From Octopus bimaculoides (lineage: Eukaryota), in the NCBI RefSeq assembly GCF_001194135.2, contig NC_068984.1:143013364-143077363 (forward strand): 64,000 bases of DNA. Reading direction: 5' to 3'. The notes below the pieces were generated by a model. That model had not been told where the DNA came from and searched no databases. It saw only the letters and a program-made list of their open reading frames with translations. The position numbers and the translations under genes are program-made. Of this stretch, positions 1-12,247 are shown piece by piece (within the stretch, counting starts at the first letter, position 1; each line of letters begins with the position of its first letter).

Positions 1-331
1 ATGAAACCATAAATGGAGGATTGAGGAAGTTGAAAGGAAAACACACAGAGAGAGACGGAGAAAGTGGATGGAGAGGATGGGAGAGAGGGGTAGGAATATG
101 GACGTAGTTATGTGTTTGTTGACGTCTGTGTGAGATATGATATGCGTATATCTATGACATGTATGTGTATGTATATGTGTTTGTGTGTGTGTGTGTGTGT
201 GTCGTTGCTGGTTTCAAAACGAAGAATGTACTTTTAGTTTGGTTGCAGACAAATAATATACACTAATTGAGCTGATGGTTGATATCGAGGTGGGGTGTAG
301 CAGAGGCGGAACTAGTGTTGTAGTGATGATC

Positions 332-363
<32 letters not shown>

Positions 364-749
364 AGTGCTGGTGTTGTCGGTGGTTGTTTTTCAGGTGTCG
401 GTGGTGGTAGTGATAACACTGCTGGAGATGTTTGTTGCTATGATACTTGTGTGCCACTGGTAGTACATTGGTGTCTAAACTGACGAAGTTGGTGATGGTG
501 GCTCTGGTGGATGTCACGCCATTTTCTCCTTTCTATCTTCCATCTAAGTACAATTGTTCATTCATTAGTCGAGTGGCACTGAGTTAGACGTATTTATTTA
601 TCAACGTTATTATATGCTAGAATTCTTATAACACGAAGCTACATTCCATTACTGACCACCACCCTCCAGTCAGAAATATGCATGAATTGGTTCTTTCCTT
701 GAGTTCGTAACTCGGAATGAATTCCGATATTTTTCATTAATATTCATTC

Positions 750-830
750 TTTTGTTTCTTCTTTTCCTCTTTTCCCCTCATCGGACTATGGCCATTCTGG
801 AGCAGCGCTTTACTCAATGAAATCATCCAC
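750..830 (-). mobile_element. SINE family A 3' tail remnant
   Basis: Reverse complement reads aaagcgctgctccagaatggccatagtccgatga..., matching the tail aaaggcggtgctccagcatgg... seen at 52880-52940. Confidence 0.55.
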
Positions 831-1846
831 TTTAAAAATTGCTCTTACATCGATCACTTTTCCCTGAACGTCTAAATTTAAGGGACATAAACAACCGTCG
901 GGGATCAGATGATGGAGGTGGGGACAGAGAAACCACATATGCATACACACACAAACGCGTGCGCACATATTTATAGAACTCAGGAGGAAATACTAATAAC
1001 GTATGTATACTAAAATCGTGAAGCATTTTACGTAATCAGATATAATATAATAATTCCAAGTAAATAACTCTGAAAATGGCTTTTGTGCGTTCCCAGAGAA
1101 TATTAATGTCAGGGGCGCTAATGTTGGTATATTCGTGAATAAGTCACTAACCGAAATAAGTGGTCTATTGTTTAGGAAAATTCTATTTTCTTGTTTAATG
1201 GTCGTACTGAATGAATTGAGAAAATAACTCTAACAGTTCAAATACAAAGAAATAAGCATATTCAATTTGAATGATTTAGGAAAATGAATGCGAAAATCTG
1301 GACGAAGGGATTATTTCCCTTGGCAGTTAAAATGAAATATATTAGATATATATAAGGATCCATTCTAGGGGCCCTATTATCGATTTTTTTTCAACAACCT
1401 GAGTATGCCATGAGGTTTCCAGACATGTGTCATACTCACGTTTCAAGTTCCAAATTGATAAAACAATGCAGGAGGAGTTAGCTAACAACTCCACAAGCAC
1501 ACCCACAGACAGAATTTACAATATATGTTGTATATATACACGGCGAGCTTTCACAAAGTTGTCATTCAACGCGATTAATTAATAACTGATTTAATTCAGA
1601 TTTCTTCAGTGAATCTTGATACGTTGATAATAACTGTAAATGTCGTCCTTCACCACAAAACGAAATTCCATTTCTTTCGGTGTAGTGTGCGCGGAAACAT
1701 GCAAGTACAGGCTCTAGACGGCCGTACCGTAAAATAGAAAACATTTCGGACGTCTATATTTGGAGATATGGTCATCGGGTTTCTAGACGCCCGTTTTCAC
1801 AACACATGTGAAATGCCCACCTATAAATATGTGTGTGGGTGAGCGG

Positions 1847-1886
<40 letters not shown>

Positions 1887-2235
1887 AGGGTGTCTGGGCT
1901 TGCATCATATGTGAATGTGTGTGTGTATGCATGTGTATACGAACACGTCGAATGTGTATGGATCTCGGTATGTGTTCATGCGTCATTAGTCAGAACGAAG
2001 GAAAATAAATTTAAAAAAAAAAGATCTGCACAAAACTACATTATTCAGTGAATAAAAATTATTAGTTAGACATTCTGTTACTTTATTTAGTACGACTATT
2101 TTTGAACTTCGATGTCTCTTAGGGAAGCGTTAAGGTTTTTTTTCTTCTTTTTTAGTGCTTAAATCCGAATTGTCTTTCTAATTTTAACAACCAGATATTT
2201 CAGAAAAGTAGTCCACGACCATCAAGTTGAAGAAC

Positions 2236-2238
2236 GAC

Positions 2239-2307
<69 letters not shown>

Positions 2308-2308
2308 A
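2236..2308. repeat. (GTA)n microsatellite
   Basis: Perfect gtagtagta run. Confidence 0.98.
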
Positions 2309-2568
2309 AGAAATAGTCTCAAATAAAGTAGAATATCAATGTACATCTATCTCTGTCTTTCTATCTATCTGTTTTTGTATTTGTCTCTCTATCTATCTAT
2401 CTATATANNNNNNNNNNNNNNNNNNNNNNNNNNNNNNNNNNNNNNNNNNNNNNNTATATATATATATATATTCTTGCATTCATAAATATATGTATAAATA
2501 TATATGCTTATATGTATATGTGTGTTAGTATGTATGTATACAAGTATAAAGCTATATTCTTGCGTGTG

Positions 2569-2606
<38 letters not shown>

Positions 2607-2689
2607 TACATACATACATATGCATGTATATTTACATATGAGTGCGTGTGTTTGTATGTGTGCGATTGCGTGTTTGTGCATGTGTGTGT

Positions 2690-2747
<58 letters not shown>

Positions 2748-3059
2748 GGTGTGCGTGTGTATTTACATACGGACTGGCATACAGAGAGGCAGGCGGCCAT
2801 TGCTTGATTTAGAAATGGTGGTTTTATTTGAAAGTCATGAAACGCAACAGAATGCTCAATGGCAAACTGGAGTCGGCACAGAATTTTCCCATTACACACA
2901 ACATTCAATTGCTCTCATTCATTACCGCTTTTATTCTTGCTTTTATTATTCCTTTCCTTCTTTCTTTATTTAATTCTTTTACTATTGCTTCCTTACATTC
3001 ATTCATTTTCCCTTTCGTCTATTCATTCAACTTCCGATAATATTCATGTCTCCCAACAA

Positions 3060-3175
3060 TTTCTTCATTTCTTCTTCTTCTTCTTCTTCTTCTTCTTCTT
3101 CTTCTTCTTCTTCTTCTTCTTCTTCTTCTTCTTCTTCTTCTTCTTCTTCATCTTCTTCTTCTTCTTCTCCTCCTT
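3060..3175. repeat. (TTC)n polypyrimidine microsatellite
   Basis: Direct inspection; it explains the poly-S and poly-F ORFs. Confidence 0.98.
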
Positions 3176-3604
3176 TCTCTTCTTCATCTCTTTCTTCCTG
3201 TCCTCCTCTAAATTCGCCTTATTGTTTCTTCCACTCTATCTTTCTTTTTGTTGTTGAATTTTGCAGCTTTTCTCATTCGTCAATAAGCGAGACTAATTGC
3301 TTCAAAACATCAAGAACAATAGATCAATCCCTCCCTAGCTTTATTTCGCACTATACATCATTGGTCGAATGCTGTCTAATTTACTATATCCACAGCCAAT
3401 TAGCGAACTCGAACCAAAGTCCGTATTGAAAGTATCAGCCATTTATTTAGAAGCAATAATTAATGGCAAACGCATAAATACGAAAACATATATGCATACA
3501 TAGATAATATATGCATATATTTATATATACGGACACACACACACACATACACACACACACACATACACTCACACACACACACACGCACACACATACACAC
3601 ACAC

Positions 3605-3671
<67 letters not shown>

Positions 3672-3739
3672 CATACATTGATACACACAGAGACGTACAT
3701 ATATATATGATTGACCGTTGACTGAACACTATTCAATTT

Positions 3740-3901
3740 TTTTTTTCTCCGTGTTTTTCTCCTTGTCTCCGTATTCTTTCTGTTGAAGAGCGTAGCTCGA
3801 AACGTCAAAGACTTTCCGTATTCCCGAGCGTCATACTAATATATACTTTTGTTATTTACACCACCTGTCCTCGTCTGTTGTTATTTTTTGTATATTCTCC
3901 C

Positions 3902-3905
<4 letters not shown>
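3740..3905 (+). mobile_element. Short non-autonomous repeat carrying an HHR-like motif (PLE-terminus type), ending in (TA)n
   Basis: 3826-3900 recurs in reverse complement at 18712-18790; contains ctgttgaagag-cgtag-ctc-gaaacgtc. Confidence 0.6.
3775..3811 (+). ncRNA. Degenerate minimal type I hammerhead ribozyme-like motif
   Basis: Stem I tcttt/aaaga; core CUGUUGA-A (canonical CUGANGA); stem II gag/ctc; GAAA; palindromic ACGU stem III; GUC triplet ending at 3806. Confidence 0.4.
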
Positions 3906-3933
<28 letters not shown>

Positions 3934-3955
3934 GAGTATGAGTGCGCGTATTCAT

Positions 3956-4111
3956 AGGTACGAGTGTGGCATAAGAAGCTTGTTTCTCAACCACGTGTTT
4001 CCGGGTTCAGTCCCACTATGTGATGTTACCTTGGGCAGGTGTTTTCTATATCTTTCCAGCCGACCAAATCCTTGTAAGTGGATTTACTTGGTAGAGGGAA
4101 ACTGAAGCCCG

Positions 4112-4113
<2 letters not shown>
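3956..4113 (+). mobile_element. tRNA-derived SINE family A (CORE-like central segment), 5' half
   Basis: gtgtggc..aagcttg..ccgggttcagtcccact..ccttgggcag..gaaactgaagcccg then (GT)n; aligns by eye to 8855-9020. Confidence 0.85.
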
Positions 4114-4147
<34 letters not shown>

Positions 4148-4229
4148 TCTTGAGTCTGTGTTTGCCATTGTTTCACAACAGCTGTTTCGTGTGTTTACCT
4201 TGTGAATTGTTAGTTACATAAACAGCAGG

Positions 4230-4550
4230 ACGGGGCGCCGCTGCAGAGTACCAGAATCCGCAACATTTTCATGAGGATAGAGGATCAGATACTGCAACGG
4301 CTTACACTTCAAAGGCCGACAGCCGTTCAATATCCTCCCACAAAACCTGACAGACCTGCATGGAGTGGTTGTAGGCTTTTTCAAAACGAAACAGGATCTC
4401 CTTCTGTGAAGAGTTCTGGATGGACCTACGTCAAAGCCAGAAACACAGATGAGAGCAGCAACGTCAAAATCCCTCATCCACTGAAAGTGTAGGAAAATAA
4501 AGGTCGGTGCCCCAGCATGGCCGAACTCCTTGGACTGAAACTAAGAAGGC
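4230..4550 (+). mobile_element. CR1-group LINE ORF2 3' end plus 3' tail (degenerate)
   Basis: One frame reads TGRRCRVP..RYCNGLHFKGRQPFNILPQNLTDLHGVVVGFFKTKQDLLL*RVLDGPT..RAATSKSLIH*, matching the CR1/L2-group C-terminal pattern GxxLFNxLPxxxR..FKxxLDxxL; followed by ggtgccccagcatggccg..gactgaaac. Confidence 0.75.
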
Positions 4551-4600
4551 ATATATGTACATACATGTATGTATATGTACGTATACACACACACACTTAT

Positions 4601-4643
<43 letters not shown>

Positions 4644-5474
4644 CATACATATATATATATTCTATGTATGTATGTGTACGCATGCACATGATCTTTAAAC
4701 AAGTGCACAACTGCATGTCGTTAGTTATATATCCTGCGCGCTTCATATATGGTTTCTTAATTATATATACATCATATATACATTATGTACACATGTTTAA
4801 TTATACACACATGCACGTTCATTACCTGAAAACTAACGTTGCTAATCATAAGCGTACATACTCTACATGAACACAAAATCACACACATACGTCTATATCT
4901 AGGTGTTTGTGTGCGTATATCTGTCTGTGTGTATGTGTACGTGTGTGCGTGTGTGTGTGTGTGTGTGTGTTTGTGTGTGCGTGCGTGTGCGCGTGTGCGT
5001 GTGCGCGCGTATATTTCCCTTGTTCCGAAGTGTGTTAACATTAACAAAACATTTGCCCTCTATATGCAACTGTACATATCTATATAGTTGCCTGTGTTGA
5101 TGCACACACACTCACACACACACACACACACACACACAAACTGTCGTATGTCCATACTTGGCCAAATGCGTTTTTCTTTTGCAATATTTATTGTCACTTG
5201 CAATAGCCGCTTCTTCTGGTCAAACTATCGTATCTCCAGCTGCTTCAGATGCCAAGATATTTAAAAATTGTCAAAGTGTGGTACAATGGTTTTGCTATGG
5301 AATGGTGAAAATATTTTTTTCGTTTTCTGAAAAAGCAACGTCTCGGACTTAAGAAACAACAATGAGTTTCTTTTGCCTCTGCTTGGAAGCTACTATTAGT
5401 CTGGACCGTATGACAGAAAACTGAATTAGCTAACAGCATCTACAATATCTCCAGAGTACTATTTAAAGAATTGC

Positions 5475-6420
5475 AGAACAAATTTCTTTTCGTGAGGACT
5501 TGGAAAAAATCAATTCCAATTTAGATTTTAGTAGGTTAACAGGATGTGTAAAGATTTTGAATTTTTCTCATAAGCAGAGAGGTATATCCGTAATTGAGCA
5601 TTAAATCTTGTACTTGAAGATACGTTTGTCTTTAAATTCCAGATGAATATCGACATTTTTGTTGATGCTCTTTTATCCTCAAGTCTACTCGTTTGCGTAT
5701 ATTGAATATATATGAATTTGAATAAGTTCTTGTTAATACTTACCTATCACTTTGTGTCATTGTTGCTGTCATTGGCAGAAAGCTTCGTTCAATAAACAAG
5801 ACTTTTCTGAAGGCATTTACTACACAGGGCAGGCATGTAAAACTGTTAAGAAGTTTCTCTCGAGACGACGATTTATGTGACAGAGTAAGAACTAATTTCT
5901 TCCAAGTAATTCAAAGTTAAAGAACAGTTTTATATGTATATGTATTTGTAACTTACTTTGCTGCTATGCCCGTTAAAATTTTGTGTGAATTATGACATCA
6001 AGGGAAGTTTTTAGTGACCAAATTTAGGAAGAATCTGGTAATAATAGATTTGACATTGGAACTGATAGGTAGTAGATAACATAACTATCCATTTCCTGTC
6101 ATTAGAGAATCTCTGTGGTCTGCTATGAAATTATTGGTTCTTGTCATTGACGCCACTTCTGCTCAGAGCCTTGTAATAAAATACACCACCACGGTAAAAT
6201 ATGTTCTCGAGAAATTATGGTAATACTTTTACTGGTAGATTTTTCAGAATATTAGGCCAGAACCTTTGTAATTATACAGTAATTCCATTAGGTTTTCTAT
6301 AATGTGTGTAAGTACCTAAAGTTAGATTCAGAGTAATGTCTGAAGCTTTGACAAAGATAATGTTTGTACTGAATATAATTTCAAAGCCAAAATTGTAACA
6401 GCAACAATTACATTTCTTCA
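5475..6420 (-). mobile_element. Penelope-like element fragment (RT C-terminus, linker and GIY-YIG endonuclease end; Neptune/Naiad-like), many stops and frameshifts
   Basis: Minus-strand pieces in the expected order: SDITLNLTLGTYTHYRKPNG, PNILKNLP, YYKALSRSG, NFNGHSSKVSY, CLQKSLVY, STKMSIFIWNLK, LCL*EKFKIFTHPVNLLKSKLELI. Confidence 0.8.
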
Positions 6421-8693
6421 GGTCGGTCTAATTGATTGCCATTTATTTTACAGAATAATATGAGAATCATCTCTCTGCGTATGTCTCATCCTATAGAGTT
6501 AAATTTACAAGATGTTCTCATGTATTAATATATATATGTATGTATATGAAACTAAAAATATGTACTTATATTTTGTTACATATTATACCTATGTGCATTT
6601 TAAATGGCCATATATGAAAATGTTGCTAAGCGCAGGTGTATTTTATTAAATTTGCATGCTTACATCAGTTAGAATATTCCGTGATGCAGATGTGTGTGTG
6701 TGTGTGTGTGTGTGTTTGTAAGCGTGTGTGATTATGAGTTGTCTGTATTTCAATTTCTCTTTTCCTATCCATTTAACAGGGTACATAATTCAAAATTACT
6801 GACATGACGTGATTCTCCTACATTAATTTTTAATAGAAAATGCCAGAGAGAACTTTAAATCATACTAGATAAGACACCCCATTGTCAGGTTTGAGCCAGT
6901 TTGCTAAGTGCCACACAAGAAACTCTCGACTCTTGTGTCACTTTTGTAATTTTTTCCAATTTAAAAATAATGTGCATATTCCCGCGTATTGAGTCCTGTT
7001 TCTACTATTTGCTGTGCTAAACCGATAGTTGAATAAGTGTCTTAGTTTCTGTGATTCTATTCGAGTACATATGCGATTTCGCATGTAAGTATATCTGTGT
7101 ATATGAATATATGTATGTACGTATGTACGTATGCACGCATACATGTATGTATATATCTATGTATATATTTATTTTTTTATGAATGTATATATATATATAT
7201 ATGTATGTATATTTCTATATAATTGCATACATACATCAATCGGATTGTCGCAGTAATAAGGGATTTTTCGTTGTCAACTTCTTTTTTCTCAACCTTTATT
7301 GCATTCCTCTTACATGAAGTGGTTCCGGCAAAACAACCTGGCATTTTATTGCACACACACACACACATATGAACATAGATATCCTCAAACAAAAACACAC
7401 ACGAAAGAAGCACACATATGTGTGCATGCATATACGCATGTTTGTAGCTACATAAACGCACAGATATAATGGAACGTATATACATTTAGATATATGAGTG
7501 CGTTGGCGAGAATACGGAGGCAATAAATAAGAATTAATTTGAAATGAGAAAACAAAATAAAAACATAGGAAGCAAAATACAATAAGTAGGACAATGCGTG
7601 TGCGTGTGTGTGTATATGATATATATGTATATTTGTATTAATATATATGTGTTTTTGTGTGATTGCGCGCGCGCATGTGTATGTATGTGTCTATGTGTAT
7701 ATCTATACATATGTGCATGCGTAACATGCATACATACATATATACAAATATATATATATGTATATACATAAATGTGTGTGTATCTACATATACGGATATA
7801 TAAATGCGTATATACAAAAGTGCTTTTTACATTTTTTATGCATATATAAGAGCATATATGCATACACACACACACACATATATATATATAACCATATACA
7901 TATACATATATATATGTATATATATACATATATGCATATATTTATACATATATACATATATATACATATATATAATAAATAAATATATATATATACATGT
8001 ATATATACGTATATACATATATACATATATATACATATATATATAATAAATATATATATGTGTGTATATATATAAATATATATCAATTTCCTCACCAAAT
8101 ACATATATACCTACGTACATGTCTACATAAGCATATACGAGCGTGATTGTTCGTGACTGTGTGTTTATATTTGTGAGTGCGTATTTTTGCAGGTGCGTGT
8201 GTTTCGTGTGTGTGTACGTGTGTGTGTCTGTGTGTGTGTCTGTGTGTGTGTGCGTGTGTGCGTGCATACACTCACACATTCATTGGAGGTCGTAAAAAAT
8301 TTAATTCTTTAGCTGAACTGTTTGTTTTTTTTTTCATTAAATAATACCAGAATCCCACGCTTGACAACTTTATTCCTTCTTCAAGACAACTCGTCTCTCC
8401 ATTTGGTGCCAAAAGACTTCTATCGCATGTACTTAACTTTCTTCCACACTTTTATTTCATTCTCCTCCCCTCCTCTCTCCCTCTCACTTTAACTCCCTCT
8501 CCTTCTCTCCTCCTCCTCTCTATCTCTCTGTCTTTCTCTCTCTCTGTCTTTCTCTGTCTCAATCGTTCTTATGTCTCCTGGCTTATTTTGTCTCTCTTTG
8601 ATGAGTATGTTTTTTCATTGGTTTGTGAAGTTTTTTTGCTAATGTAACAGTGCTTTCGTCATCATCATTTAATCTTTTCTGTGTTTTTGTCTG

Positions 8694-8764
<71 letters not shown>

Positions 8765-8809
8765 TGTGTGTGTGTGTGTGTGTATGAGAGTATGTGTGAG
8801 TGTGTGTGT

Positions 8810-8848
<39 letters not shown>

Positions 8849-8854
8849 CATATA

Positions 8855-9240
8855 GGCGCGGGCGTAGCTGTGTGGTAAAATAGCTTGCTTACCAACCACA
8901 TGGTTCTGTGCTCAGTCCCACTGCGTGACACCTTGGGTGAGTGTCTTCTACTATAGCCTCGGGTCGACCAAATCTTTCTGAGTGGATTTCATAGACGGAA
9001 ACTGAAAGAAGCCCGTCGTATATATATGCGTGTGTGAGTGTATGTTTGTGTGTCTGTGTTTGTTCCCCACCATCGCTTCACAACCGATGTTGTCGTGTTC
9101 ATGTCTCCGTAACCCAGTGGATCGATAGATTAAGTATCAGGCTAAAAAAGAATAAGTTCTGGGGTCGATTTGTTCTACTAAAGGCAGCGCTCCACTATGG
9201 CCGCATTCAAATGACTGAAACAAATAAAAAAATAAAAGAA
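8855..9240 (+). mobile_element. Near full-length SINE family A with internal (TA)/(TG) microsatellite
   Basis: tRNA-like head, CORE-like ccttgggtgagtgtcttctactatagcc, internal microsatellite, tail aaaggcagcgctccactatggccgcattcaaatgactgaaac and A-rich end. Confidence 0.9.
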
Positions 9241-9246
9241 TATATA

Positions 9247-9299
<53 letters not shown>

Positions 9300-9300
<1 letters not shown>

Positions 9301-10201
9301 CTTGATAAGCAATCATATACAATTATTGATAGTTAAAACATCATGTGGTATACACCTGGTTTTATCCGGTAAAGCACGTTCACTGGTTTAGTAATCGTTG
9401 GTTATTTGATTAATGAGTGAGACTGAAGATGGAAGACGCGAGAATCTTTATTGTTCGCTACAATTGTTTCGACCCATCCAGCATCGATCTCTCACGAGTG
9501 GGATACTGCATATCTGGTTCAGGTGTATCCGTCGATGTAGATGTGTCTCTTCAGGTGATTTCAAGAGGTATCTCGTGAAACGGTTAGAAAATGTCAGGGG
9601 AAAAAATTCAACTGTTCATGACCATTGTTCCAGCCTGCCTCTGAAACCTTGTAGGAGGAACTTATCTTTAGATTACTATCCTGGTCTATCAAAGGAAAGC
9701 AATAAACTCTTATGATGTGATTTTAGACCGGACGACCGTCTAAGTCTGTCATTTACATTCCATCGCCTATGTTTCCAGATTTACCATCGGCCTATTTCTA
9801 TTCATAAGATTTTAACCGACATTAGACTATAGTGTAGGTCAGTTGGCTGAGCTATGAGCAGGGTAACCGAAACCGAAATCTCGTAGTTACAAAGTAAAGC
9901 TTGTTTTGTAATCATAAAACTATGACTTTTCCCGAAATTGTAGATCGAACAGTTCTGAAGTTTTTGATTCATGAAAAGATTAAAATTCAGCGTTAAATAA
10001 TTTCAACTTGAGCCATAACTAACGATTCTAAATCAAGATTCTAATGGTTATGGATTGTGGAATCTCTCTATAGACGAAGTTTCCGATTGATATCCAGGAA
10101 ATCTGTCAATACATGACTGGTTACTGTCGGTAAACCAGTCTGGTCACGTTTAAAAGAAATCATGTACAGACTTCCGCTTGATAAGCAATCATATACAATT
10201 A
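9300..10201. repeat. 26-bp exact direct repeat (gcttgataagcaatcatatacaatta) at 9300-9325 and 10176-10201 flanking 850 bp
   Basis: Both copies read directly from the sequence; non-microsatellite. Confidence 0.9.
9455..9558 (-). ncRNA. Candidate type I hammerhead ribozyme with extended stem II
   Basis: Minus strand: UCAC CUGAAGA GAC...(long paired insert)...GUC GAA AC-AAUU-GU A^GCGA; intact CUGANGA and GAAA boxes, GUA triplet; stem I only 3 of 4 bp. Confidence 0.6.
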
Positions 10202-11154
10202 CGTGTGACAGTCATGCATAAATTTACATAATTGCATATTTTAGAAAGGAAAGCATAATTTATGAAACAATAAATCAACTTATTAAAAGAATTCAAATAA
10301 CATAAACCACAAAGCGATGTTCTCTGTGAATTGAGATCCGTACAAGATGGCAATTCATTGAAATGTTTTTCCATTCTTTGACTGAATGTAGCAACGAGTG
10401 GAGAATATATTGCAATCACTGAAGAACCGCCTGGCATATAATAGCTATGAGTATCTGTGTGTGAGTATCTGTGTATGTATGCATGTGTATTTATGTATAT
10501 ATGTTGCTCAGTTTTTTTTTTGTATATGTGCTAATGTGTCTGTGACATTGCGTAGGCCCTACACTAATATGCATAATGGAATTTGTGTATGAGCTTATGA
10601 TGGTGTATGTACGCATGAGAAGTTTTCATAAACTCACGTACACATTAAGTCAGTGAGACGCATACATTCAAATTTGCTCTTTTTTTTCCTTTTTATCAAG
10701 ATGGAAATGCCATATATTAATACAGAAAATTACTTTTTCGAGCACATATTCAGTGAGACAAACACATTCGATGATGAGTAAAGATAGGGTAAAAATTTAC
10801 ATTGACTCATAACCATAAACATACACACAAACACACACACACATACACACAAGCACACTAAGAATAAGGAAGAAAGCACATACAACAATACAACACACGC
10901 ACACACTTCACCTCATACATACAAGCATACAAAAAACACATCATTACACACGCATACACACGCAGAAACATTAGCACACCATTGATAACTCTCTGTTTAT
11001 CCAGGCAAACATTGACCCATTTCACACACATATATTCATGCTTATGCATACGCTTGGTAACGGTTTCAATTCTACAGTGCTGCAGCTTGACATACACTGG
11101 TCCGCAATGTCTGACCATATATGTATGTCTTTATGCGTATGATTATACGCATCT

Positions 11155-11196
<42 letters not shown>

Positions 11197-11452
11197 CGAG
11201 ATGNNNNNNNNNNNNNNNNNNNNNNNNNNNNNNNNNNNNNNNNNNNNNNNNNNNNNNNNNNNNNNNNNNNNNNNNNNNNNNNNNNNNNNNNNNNNNNNNN
11301 NNNNNNNNNNNNNNNNNNNNNNNNNNNNNNNNNNNNNNNNNNNNNNNNNNNNNNNNNNNNNNNNNNNNNNNNNNNNNNNNNNNNNNNNNNNNNNNNNNNN
11401 NNNNNNNNNNNNNNNNNNNNNNNNNNNNNNNNNNCACACACATATATATACA

Positions 11453-12247
11453 CAAGGTGCGTTCAAATGTCCACACCGTAAGCCGCGTCATTTCCCCGCT
11501 GTTACACATACAGCACAGACATGTAGTGCGCGCTCGTTGAATTTTCGTTTCCACGCAAAATGACCGAAGCAGAGACCGTAAATCAAAGGTCTCATTACCA
11601 GTGATGATGGGTCTTCATGAAGTCTGGGCCTTGGTTTCCACAGTCCAGAAAGAACTTAGCCACTTCCATTCGGAGTTTCTTCTGCCGCTCCAGTAGCAAC
11701 TTGAAGACGAATTTTGGAGACACGCTCCGCATGCAACAGATAATCCGATAAAATACAATGCACTGATCCTGTGCTGATGCCCGCTTCGTGAGCAGTTTCT
11801 TAAAACAATCCATCACGGTTTTCCATGACTATTTGCGAAGTTTTTCAATCGGCTCTTTGTTTCCGTTTGTGGTCAGTCTGCACGAACTTGCTACTCTCTC
11901 CACTAAGGTGTGTCCATGTTTGAAGCGGTTCTACCGCTCCTTGTTCTGAGTTTTGTCATGACACCATCGCCAAAACAATGCTAATCTTCTAGATGGTTTA
12001 AGCTTGAGTACCTCCGAGCTTTTGACAAAACTTGATGCAACACCTCTACTCCATGCATTCAGTGAAAACGAGAATCCAACGTGTCTATACTCTAGAAATA
12101 TCAGATGGGAACTAATGCCGCCTACCGGCGCAAAAGTGTCTAACCATACGCCGGAAGAGTGGCATCATCTCCAATCGAAAGGATTTTTCCCATGCTGCAT
12201 TGGTTTGGCGGGAAAAAAATAAAGTTGCATATTTGGGGGATGCACCT

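Noticed and set aside
263-517. His-rich 84-aa ORF
   Set aside because: Translation of (GAT)n/(GGT)n low-complexity DNA; no family signal
1400-1438. Hairpin tgagtatg...catactca
   Set aside because: Only 8 perfect bp with a loose interior; expected by chance
2771-2866. 96-nt phase 0-0 exon candidate FAIEHSVAFHDFQIKPPFLNQAMAACLSVCQS
   Set aside because: Acceptor lacks a polypyrimidine tract, donor lies at a microsatellite edge, no recognisable homology
8350-8440. LRR-like peptide IPRLTTLFLLQDNSSLHLVPKDFYRM
   Set aside because: Single short repeat, weak donor and no neighbouring LRR exons
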